Source: Eledone cirrhosa
Taxonomy: Eukaryota
Direction: 5' to 3'
DNA length: 64,000 bases
Assembly: GCA_964016885.1 (NCBI GenBank)
Contig: OZ024743.1
Span: 189,596,001 to 189,660,000 of the forward strand
Notes under the pieces: model-generated
The model's database searches: none
What the model saw: the letters and a program-made list of their open reading frames with translations, nothing else
What the model was told of the DNA's origin: nothing
Made by a program: the position numbers and the translations under genes
Shown: positions 53,395-64,000 of the stretch, piece after piece
Numbering within the stretch: position 1 is the stretch's first letter
How the letters are laid out: each line of letters opens with the position of its first letter

Positions 53395-54860
53395 ATCAGC
53401 TCTCACCATCACCATCTAGGTCTTGTTTGGCCTACCTCTACTGCAGCATGTCATCACTGGGAGTTTCTGGCAATTCTTCACCCACCGATCTTCATCCATG
53501 CACAGCACATGTTCATACCAATGCAGTCTCTTCTCTTGCACACTGTATCTTATACCCAGTTACTCTCTCAGTTCATCCATGCTTTGTCAAACTTACAGAT
53601 TCATATGGCACATCCAACAAAGCATGCTTGCCTCGTTTCTCTCGTCTTCACATGTACCCTGCATTTACTGCCCATGTCTCACTGCATTATAATGCAGCAT
53701 TGCACTTCGCACTCAGGCATCATACAGTCAACCTTTCATTCATAGGGAGAACCTTTTGCTGCTAACAGAGGCTGCATTCCCCTAAACATCTTACACTCTG
53801 TCCTTATTCTAGCTACTATGTTTTTGGAGGACCTTCCTCTACTGCTAACTATATCACCTAACAGAAGCTATCAACCATTTCTCTGGATGCCTCATAAGAT
53901 TAGAAAAGGTTTATATCATTTTTTTTATTTCCTTATTATTTTTGGCACTCTTACAATCAATTGACCTGGAACATCTACTACATATAAAGTCTTATAAACT
54001 TACAATGTTCCTCTAGGTCATATATGTCTAACTCCTCTTCCTTCTCATATGCCTAATGTAAAGCTTTCCTAAACCTATACTTAACAGAAAGGTCCTTTAG
54101 CCTCCAAACTCTCTCCCTCCAGATTTTCCTGTGTTTCCTGTTTTACCTTAAGCTTATTCTGATGTTGCTAATAAATTCATATTGGGCAGAGCATTATTCT
54201 CTGTGGAATGTCTTAACATTTTTAACTATCTGTCTATCTTGTTTTCTAAAAAGTTAAAAGTTAATGTGGCCCATGTGTTCACCTGACTTGTAGCTGATCA
54301 GGTGACTGGCCAGCTTTCTGATGTTTAAATCATTTGCATCACAGAATTCCAGGAGTCTCATTCCCTCTTCATTTCTTGAGCCATAGCCATAGCCATTGCC
54401 ACTGTGTATACTGGTGTTTCCATACCTGTGCAGTCCAACATACCCATTAAAGCTACCCGCTAGAATGATAAGGTCTCGCTCATCAGTAACTGTTGTTGTT
54501 TGCAAAAAGTTGTTAATAAAAGTAGTCCTTTTACTCCTTACTTAGTCCTGCTTATGGTGCATAGCTAGAGATAATTGTTGTCATTCTATTGCCTATGGCT
54601 ATTTGATAATTTTGGTGCTTACTCTACTTTGATTACATTATCCATCAACTTCTCAGTTAGTAGAATGACTACTCCACCTTTGTTACCTACACAGAAGAGT
54701 TTGTATCTACATTGATTGTCTGTGAGAAGACTTGAGAAGTGCCTCGCCATCTTACCTCCTAAACACAGCACATATCCACTAGTTGCCTCATAAGCAAATC
54801 CACAATTTCACCTGATCAACCTTTCAGTGTGCATGCATTTAGTGTAGCAGCTCTGAGATA
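53395..54860 (-). mobile_element. Old RTE LINE with the RT core deleted
   Basis: EN N-terminus (TLNACTLKG..SGEIVD; ILAGSFNGYVG..LLEFCDAND) joined near 54000 to the end of the finger (FICSRCS..MVDSFC). Confidence 0.8.
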
Positions 54861-55291
54861 ATGAATTATATATATGGATATTGAATTTCTCATACCAGAA
54901 GGCCCAGTAATATTAAATATGAGACATCCAATATTAACATGTTAACTTTATGCTTTAGTAATTTGTTGATACAGCTTACACCAGTATGAACAGATTTAAT
55001 CTCCATATACTGGTTATTCTGTCGGTAGTTTAGTATTTCTGTTAAAATATGCTGACTGACACTTCGACTTTAGTCAGTTGTTTTTCTTGATAAGATTATG
55101 TAGATAAAAAGGGTGGGGATGGTGAGAGCTGACCTCAGATCGCTGAAGTTCACAGGAAAGATGACGAGGGACCATGACAAAGGGAGAGATGCTGAAGAGG
55201 ACCTGTCCCACCCTTATAAGCAGGACGTAAAATTATAATGATGATGATCAATCAATTCAAAAACATATATTTTCGATAATTGTTTTGATTA

Positions 55292-55325
<34 letters not shown>

Positions 55326-56875
55326 CAATTGACCATAATTAACGTTGAAATAATAGTATTATTGATATAATAAACACAATTATTATTCTATGTTCCTTGT
55401 TGTGGTATTTAATAAAGTGTGCACGTCTTCCCCCATATTTTCTTCTTTATTATTCCACTTTTTTTTCTTTATTTTCCCTACCTACTTTTATCTATACGAT
55501 TATTATTTGTTACATAGTGTATAACTTTATCCAACCCCACATATATTGTATTCCCTACCTTGATAACATTTGTTGTATATATGTACAAGCACTTGTAGCT
55601 AAATTTTTTGAAATACCACATATAATTGTTCCTAACAAATTCAAGAAAATAACACCTTTCATTAAAATAGGCCCTCATTTAATAAAGATAAATGAATGTA
55701 TGTCTTGAAGAAACTCTCTTACTCCAGAACCCATTGTTATGGACTGTGACTGAATGATCAAGTCTTCTCCATAGTATTTTCTTCTTTTGTCTTGTGAAAA
55801 AATCTATAGCAAAACAGTGGCTGGCATTCCATTTGCTATGCTGTGTGTGAGGATGTGTTTGTATGTTTTTGTGTAAATTTATGTGCATGTGTTTGTGTGA
55901 ATGTATGTGTATTTGTGTAAATGTATGTCTGTGAGTATGTATTTTTCTAAGTGTGTCTGTGTTTGTGCGTTTATATTTATGTACTCATACATATAAATGT
56001 ATGCACACATATACATATATCTGTCAATGTGTTGAAAAAAATCCTAGTATAAGTAAAAATCTAAAAGAAACATTGGGAAAATATGCCATGCCCATACATT
56101 GGTCTACGTTTACAACATTTTCCATTTCTATAAAAACAAAAACAATTAGACTATCGGGGAAATCTTAAGATCTGTTTGGGTTAAAAGGCAGTTACGGAAT
56201 TTATGAATGGTTCGAAAGTCATTCAATCATTGTACACCAATAACCACTGAAATACATCATTGTTAAGTACAGACTTCCAGTACATCATATAACCCTGTCA
56301 CCCACCAAAAATAATAACCCCACCACCACCACCACCAATGAGTAGTACTGCCCAGGCTGCTGAGCACTGGTACAGATGAAAATATACATATATATGTGTG
56401 TGTTGTGTCAAGGTTTACTTTTGATTTTGTGTCTGTGCTTACATTCTTTTACTTAGCAGTTTAACAAAAGCAAAACTATGTGATCAATTTTAAGGTGGTG
56501 CCATACTACAGTCTCACCCTGACAACTGATATCAGAAAATGTTTAATAAGTAACAATATATATAAATTAATAGTATTTGCAGTGCATTAGTATGTGTGTG
56601 TATGTGTACATATATATATATATGGGGGGGGGGTGATAAATTTCAAGATATTTGTGAAGGAAATGTCTCCATGTTAATTAATAAAAATAGCCGAAAGGTA
56701 TTCTGGGTAAACATGACAATGATTGGATAAACTTGACAATGATAAACTCCACATTTTTAAAGCTACTTTGTTTCATCAAAATATTGGAATATAATTTCAT
56801 CCAACCACTCCTGCTATATTGCAATATATACACAAATATACCATATATGACACATGCACACACACATTTATATAT

Positions 56876-56950
56876 ACAGGGTGTCCCCAAAAATATATAA
56901 ACACTTCAACACCATTCTATTCAAGGTGCGTATACATTGTTTGGGACACA

Positions 56951-56955
<5 letters not shown>
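56876..56955. mobile_element. Tc1-like mini-MITE
   Basis: TA-CAGGGTGTCCCCAAAAATATATAAACAC..GTGCGTATACATTGTTTGGGACACACTCT; imperfect TIR hairpin. Confidence 0.55.
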
Positions 56956-56996
<41 letters not shown>

Positions 56997-57998
56997 TAAG
57001 ACAGGGGGGAAGAAAAAATGGCTTCACTTGTATTTCAACAAATTTATTTTCTTCACAAAATCCAAAAAGAATTTTTTTCCGGATTAGAGAAAAATTTTTT
57101 TTTTATAAATTAAGTTGTTGGTTGTTGGTTAGGTCTTAGGAGTTCTTGGTAACGTAGGAGGTATTGTTTCGTTTTTAGAAAGACCTTTCACGCTGAGGTG
57201 CGCTTGTCAAACTGATGTGTATGTGGTGTGTTGTTCTATATATAGGGATTTAACATGTTTGTGGTGTGGTGGGGTTTTTTTGTTTTTTTTCCTCCCCCTT
57301 TAATAAGTGTAGGGGTGTAGGTGTGTTGAAAAAATGTTAATAGCAGTAATGAGTTGAGACAGTGAGTAGGGTTGGGTGGGGAGAAATGTAGCAAGTGCGG
57401 CCTGCCCCGGTCATTCTCGAAAAATTCCTTTATTTAGGGGAAAAAGCTTTTAGTATTCCTTTGTATCGAAAATGGTCATAGGCAAACCACACCTGCCAAG
57501 CTTGTAAACAATTATTTTTTTCTGAAGAATTTTTCTACGTCCATCCCAAAATTAGTCCTTTGTTCAACACACACAGGCATATGTAGGAATATATAGGCAC
57601 ACACCATCAATCACACACCCATGTACATATACATCCACATACATACATAAAAACATATAAAGACACATATAAAAACACATATACACATACGTACACACAC
57701 GAATATGTACTCATACCTCCACATGGGTATATATATATATATACATACATACATATACACACATAAAGATACATAACTAAATATACATATATACACATAC
57801 ACACACACATACACACACACACACACACACGTGTACACACACACACACACACATATACATATGTCCGTATATATACATCCGTTCACACATACATGCATAC
57901 ACACACACACACATACACACATATATATATAGAGGCATACACATACATACACATATATACATATATATATATATATATATACACATAAACACATACAA

Positions 57999-58288
57999 CG
58001 AAAGGTTGTGAGTTCAATTCTCAGACCGGGTGATGTGTTGTTTCCTTGAGCAAGACACTTTATTTCACATTGCTCCAGTTTACTCAGCTGTAGAAATGAG
58101 ATGATAGGGATTGGGGTCCATATCATTCCCCTGAAAAGTGGTCGTGGAGGTGCCACGGCAAAAAAAGCACCCAGCACTCACTGTAAAATGAGGTTGGTGT
58201 TAGGAACGGCATCCAGCTGTAGAAATCAAGCCAGAATCAGTTCCTGTCCCACCCTAGCAAGCAGGGAAAAAGTGGACGTAAAATGATA
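57999..58288 (+). mobile_element. 5'-truncated tRNA/CORE-like SINE
   Basis: Near-identical to the 22247-22584 copy from just before the B box onward. Confidence 0.9.
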
Positions 58289-59839
58289 TATATATATACA
58301 TATATATACACATTTATATATATATGTATATTAGAAAACCTCCCACATAGTCCTATATGAGTGAGACACGGTCACCCGACCAATCTTGCCTCAAATGGGA
58401 CAACTCCCGTCTAACCCATGCTAGCATGGAAGATGGACATTAAATGAAGATGATGATGATGATGATAATTACATAGAATAATAAATACATATATGTTTGT
58501 GGGCATATTAAAAAAAAAATATATATATATAAATATATATATATACAAATATATACATATAGTGTGGTGTGTGTGTGTGTGTGGGGGGGGGGGATATGTC
58601 TTTTTTCCATCCAAATGCAAAGGTGCAATTGAAGTAACAGACTAATTTTCCCTAACAAACTCTCAATTATCTATAAATATATTTTACATAAGTGGTAATT
58701 TGTCCCGGAGGCTTCTAGTTTTTTTTTTTTTTGTTTTTTTTTTCTGTTAGCATCAATGAATGTTTGAAATATGTTTCCTTGTTTTCCTTTGTGTTGTAGA
58801 GATATAAAGAGAGAATATGAATCTCAAGTACTTTTCACTGCTTAGACCTGGAGAATCTTGAACAAGTATGCCTATTACTAAAGTATTCCAACCATGACTA
58901 TCCTTTTCATTTCATTTTTTCTGTCAATACTTTATGTAAAACTGTATTATCCAGTTTGTAATTTTTTTTCTGATGATAGTGGAGTACATTTTTTGAGAGA
59001 TTTGACTGACGTTTCTGGTATGGGGATCAAGACTCAGTGTATGAATGCATACCTCCTGATGGAATTGCAGGGGTGCTGTTGTAATATATGGCATGACTTT
59101 GACATTTTAAACTTGGTGGATCTACCCACTCTCCAGGTCAGAACATAACTAGAGAATATTCCAGAGAAGAACAGTAATAGAGAAGAATTGAGAAAAGATA
59201 TGGAGGAAGAATCGACACTATTACTGGATTGGTACTTTCTTTATCAACCTCAAAAGCATGAAAGGTGAAGTTGATTTTAGCAAGGTTTGAGCTGAATGTA
59301 CTGAGAACCAGAACAAATAAAACATTCCATCTGATGTTCTAACAACTCAGCTAATTTATTATTTAAACTGTACTGTAATGCTGCTGCTTGTTGTAATGAA
59401 ATATACTACTTTGTCGTACTTGATTAGTGAAAGGTGAACATGAACATTCTTAGTTGAACACGTTTTTCATTGTCATCAGTGCAATGAAGAGAAGGTGATA
59501 GTTCATGAACTTCCAGTTATTTTGTTGATTGTCATGTACACTGTAGGCATCATCATAAACATCTAGCATCTACTTTAATGCTTGCCTGGTATAGACAGAC
59601 TGCCACTTTATAAGATGAAACAGATCGAATGAGCATGTCTTACTTATACATTCTATTTTTAACTGGAAGCTCTTCCCAGCTTGTACTCAGAGCTTTTTTG
59701 TTACACCAGCATAATCATTTTACAGGGTGGGATGGACACTTTTTTGTCATGGAACTAGTACAACCATCATTCACCCAATGTTTATTTAGAACACTTTCAA
59801 ATATATAGTTAATGTGGTGTGGTAAATAAATATATAAAA

Positions 59840-60390
59840 ACACACCAGGTCTGAACAGAATGGAACTAAACTTCACTGCCACTGCCTCCGTCTCACCTGC
59901 TCTCCCCATCTCTTACTATTGTGAGCAAATGGGGGCTCATGTGATGGCTGCCCTGAAGCTCTGGCAGACAGATTAGAGAAGGCATCTCCCTGGAGGATGG
60001 TGAGTGAGATGTGCTGGAAGAACCATTTCAGCTTCTGTGGGTAGCCAACTCTGTGCCGATAGTGGTGAGTAGGGAGGTGGTCCTAGGGCCAAGGATACCA
60101 GAAGTCTCCACTGCTATGGGCTTGACCATAAACCTGTCAGAGAGCAACCAATATTTGGAGAGTTTACCCTCCTCGGCGCGAAGTGCAACAAAGTCTGGGT
60201 TAGTCACAGACTGCACCAGGCTACCACTGGAGAATGTGTCGCTGCATGTGGCATCCCAGATAAGAAGTTTACCACCACAGAATGGGAAGATGGTCATGCC
60301 ATCCAGCCTTTTGCTATCCCCTCGGTCCATCCCCCAGCTTGAGCTGGGAGGGGAAGCCTGAAGCATCCAAGCCATCCTTTATGACATCAA
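59840..60390 (-). mobile_element. CRE-like non-LTR element C-terminal restriction-like endonuclease
   Basis: ORF 60028-60375 reads KRLDGMTIFPFCGGKLLIWDATCSDT..AEEGKLSKY..PIAVETSGILGP, matching the RPDG..WD.T..K..KY..P.AVET.G RLE pattern. Confidence 0.8.
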
Positions 60391-60839
60391 ACATCTTCTT
60401 GGTCAGATTGGACGCTTTATGTTATGACACCGACATGACAACTTTACAGGATGGACTGCTTTTTATTCTTTGGGGTTTTGTTACCATCTTAAATCCGAAG
60501 ACTGTTACTGAACAGAACTTTAATATTTAGTGGTTGTTTATTCTTGTAATATCCTTTCACCTATGTCAGAATTCCAACATATATGCCAGTAGTTTCTGCA
60601 ATGAAGATGGCGAATTTGAGTATTCTATAAAATGTTTCATTATTTATTCAAAGTAATCCAACTTATTTTACTAAGGGGATAAAAAATTATAAACCGTATG
60701 CATTCTTGCACTTCTTACTCTATTATAGTTTAGATTAAGCACTGTTGTATGCCCATTGATTAGATATATATAAATGTAGTAGAATATAAATTATGTCTGA
60801 TGCAGACACACACACACACATACATATATATATATATTT

Positions 60840-62340
60840 ATATATATACACACATACATACCACACCACACACAAATCCTCTTCCGAAGTTAGTGAAGCT
60901 ATTATTAATCCTCCCCGGGTGAAATAACTTGCAAATTCTTCGTAATTCATGAAATGCAATAATACACCTAATGGACACACAAATATATCTATTCATACAT
61001 AGACATATATATAGGCGAAGTCTGGTCCGAAGTGGGCATGCACAAAGTCTGGTCCAAATGCGCATGCATGAAGTCTGGTCTGAAGTACGCATGCGCGAAG
61101 TCTGGTCCGAAGTGCGCATGCGCGAAGTCATGTCAGAAGTGCGCATGTGCGAAGTCTGGTCCGTAGTATGCATGCATGAAGGCTGATCCGTAGTATGCAT
61201 CCTCTCCAAGACAATGACACTGGACCGAGATCTTTGGCGTTACACAGTAATACAGAAGACCCGCCTTGCCTAAGTACAAAGCGAAACCTACAGTCAGTAG
61301 GCACCTCTAACAAAATACACCCCCGTCCCACTACCCCCACCCCATCCACACCACCACACCCTTAAATGTAAAGTTATGTTGGCACCACAACATCCAGTCC
61401 GAAACAAATGAGGTCGTGTAGGTGTCACGACAAAAGAAAACACACAGTCCACGCTGTAATGTGACCGTGTAGGTAACACGGTAAAAACCTCCCAGTTCCA
61501 CACTGTAAATGTGGTTGGTGTTAGGAAGGGCATCCAGCTGTAGAAAACCCGCCAAACAGTCCTATACGAGCAGGACAACCAATCTTGCCTCAAGTGGGAA
61601 AACTCCCGTCCAAACCCATGCAAGCGTGGGAGATGGACGTTAAACGATGATGATGATGATGATGAAGGGGGGTCTGTACTGCACATGCGTGAAAGCTCGT
61701 TCGTACAGCACATGCACGAACGCTGTTTCGTACAGCATGTGTGCGATGCTGGTCCGTGCTGTGCATGTGCAAAGGCTGATCTGAAGTACGCATGCGCGAA
61801 GTCTGGTATGTACTGCGCATGCGCAGAGGTTGGTCCCGTTGCGCATGCGCGAAGGCTGGTCAGTACTAAGCATGCGCGAAGTCTAGTTCGAAGTGCGCAA
61901 GCATGAAGGCTCGTGAGTATTGCGCATGCACGAAGTCTGGTACAAAGTGCGCATGTGCGAATGCTAGTCCATAATGCGCATGCACCAAGGCTCGTCTGAA
62001 GTGTGCATGTGCGAAGGCTCGTCCGAAGTGCGCATGCACGAAGGGTGATCTGTACTGCGCATGCACAAGGCTGGTACATACTGGACACGTGCGAAGGCTG
62101 GTCTATACTGCGCATGCGCAAATTCTGGTCTGTAGTGCGCGAAGGCTGGTCCATATTGCGCTTGCACGGAGGCTGGGCCGTACTGCTCATGCGCGAATAT
62201 ATATATATAGACACACATACACACCGCACACAAATTGTCTTCCGGGGTGAGTGAAGCTCTTATTAATACTCCCCGGATGAAGTAATTTGCAAATTCTTCG
62301 TAATTCTTGAGATGCAATTATACATCTAACGTCACACTCT
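60840..62340. repeat. ~27-bp GCGCATGCGC-containing minisatellite bracketed by ~140-bp direct repeats
   Basis: Unit approximately GCGAAGTCTGGTCCGAAGTGCGCATGC at 61015-61200 and 61666-62196; flanking repeats at ~60840-60980 and ~62200-62337. Confidence 0.85.
61201..61665 (+). mobile_element. RTE subfamily B 3' end inserted into the minisatellite
   Basis: Near-identical to 16039-16510 and 39435-39899; (GAT)n tail. Confidence 0.93.
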
Positions 62341-63264
62341 CTAGAATAGATATATTTGTGCCGTGGTGTGCCGTGGTGTGGTGTGGTGTTAGTGGTGTGG
62401 TCTGTGTGTGTGTGTGTGTGTGTGTGAGAGATATATAGACAAGTAGGTTGACAGGTAGATAGATAGGTCGATAGATCTATACGTAGATATATAGGTAGGT
62501 AGATAGAAAGATAGACGATAGTGTGGTTATCTGTATATGTGGCTGTATGTATGTGAAGATGTGGAAATAAGGAAAGGATAATTTACTACAGTACTAATGA
62601 TTCAATCCACAGGTGTATATTCTTTTTACCATTGCATAAATACATAGACTCACTCACACACATATATATATATATATGTGTGTGGTCTGTTTATGTGTGT
62701 ATGTGTGTGTATCTGTGTGTGTGTGCATAAGTGTTTATGTGTATATATGTATATGTGTGTGTGTATCTGTTTGCTTATGTGTGTGTGTGCATATGTGTGT
62801 TACTGTATCTGTGTATGTGTGCATATGTGTGTACGTTTATGTCTGTGTGTGTGTCTCGTGATTGTAATGTTGAGAGTTTGAATCCCATCAGTGTGTTGTG
62901 TTCTTGAGCAAGACACTTTATTTCGCCTTTCTTCTCTCCATTGAAGTAAAAAAAAAGTGTACTCTGCCAGTAAGTCGAAGAACCAATGTAGTCCCACCCT
63001 GAAACCTTCCGTTATACATGTCTCTGGAATGCTCAGACACTCTCACCTTAATTTCAAGCAATTCCATTTGAGAAACCTAGCTGGAAGAATCCTCGTCACA
63101 AACGATCATAAATATGAACACATAGACACACACACGTTTCAAATAGAATAAAGAGATCAATAAAATAAGTACTAGATTTTAAAATATATGTACTGGAATT
63201 GAGGTCACGAAAATCCTTTAATTGTGGTACCCCAGCATGGGCACAGTCTAACGTCTGAAACAGT

Positions 63265-64000
63265 GCAGGCCGGAGAATTGTTCTCCCTCCTTCAATGTAT
63301 GGTGCACCTCGCTTCTACAGTGAGTGCTTTCAGAATTCGATGACTGGTTTGGCACATGGGAAAGCCATCTTATTTCATCACGATAACAACTAACCCTAAC
63401 AGGGATGAAATAAAAAATAGTTTGCAACCTGGTGAAGAACCTAGAGACCGTCCTGATATTTGTGCAAGAGTCTTCAAGATCAAGTATGGCAGCCTCATGG
63501 ATGACTTACTGCAAAAATATCTCCTAGGAAAAGTTGTGGCTCATTCTACTACAATAGAGTGGTAGTAAACGAGGCCTCATTCATGTTCATATTCTGCTGA
63601 TAATGGCTGAGTATAGGAAGCCCAAAACTACTGATGCCATTGATCAGGTTGTGTACTGTGAGATTCCTGATAAAGCGACCAATCCAATTCTGCATAAGAT
63701 CATCACATCCTGCAACATTCATGGCCCATGTGGACAAGCCAATATGATGTGCTCATGTATGGAAGGGCTAGGACAACAACGCCATTGCCCAAAAATTTAT
63801 CCCAAGGCATTCAGACAAACCACATTTGTTGCCAAAAATTCCTTTCTGGAATATAGAAGAAGGGATAGACAGCATGGTGGTCACACCCATACAATCCAAC
63901 TTAAAGATCAAGAATTTACTGTTGATAATCGTTGGATTGTTCCATACAACCCTTTCCTCTTATTGAGATATCAGTGCCACATCAATTGTAAGGTTTCCAC
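63265..64000 (+). pseudogene. Helitron RepHel Rep (HUH) domain fragment, running off the window end
   Basis: GRRIVLPPS..GKPSYFITITTNP..RDRPDICARVFKIK..IEW**, then after a frameshift RGLIHVHILL..IHGPCG..YRRRD..VDNRWIVPYNPFLLLRYQCHIN; contains stops and frameshifts. Confidence 0.93.

Noticed and set aside
57000-57560. Further PLE remnant with hammerhead
   Set aside because: A minus-strand GAAACAATA is present but there is no CTGANGA core, and the translation is unconvincing.
57607-58177. Cys/Val/Tyr-rich ORFs as metallothionein-like or membrane peptides
   Set aside because: Translations of (CA)/(TA) microsatellites.
61294-62229. 311-aa minus-strand ORF as a repeat protein
   Set aside because: It is a read-through of the 27-bp minisatellite plus an antisense LINE tail; no gene evidence.

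Overview
AT-rich, microsatellite-dense animal DNA, most likely octopod cephalopod (inferred from the SINE/RTE repertoire, not proven). I recognise no host gene exon, so the window reads as intron or intergenic sequence built from transposon remnants. These include about 12 copies or fragments of a (GAT)n-tailed RTE LINE family whose RT carries an inserted C4HC3 (PHD-like) finger, a GC-rich RTE of a different lineage, a tRNA/CORE-like SINE sharing the LINE 3' end, Deu/Nin-like SINEs, a Penelope-like (PLE) RT/GIY-YIG remnant, two CRE-like RLE fragments, a Helitron Rep fragment, mariner/Tc1 MITEs and several minisatellites. The most interesting signal is a minus-strand minimal type I hammerhead ribozyme motif (47937-48023) inside a 426-bp terminally redundant non-coding unit with a fold-back end. 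Three other elements (26253-26888, 31953-32603, 53194-53336) share parts of this architecture, suggesting a retrozyme-like or PLE-dependent family. All alignments and folds were done by eye, and the boundaries of decayed elements are approximate.
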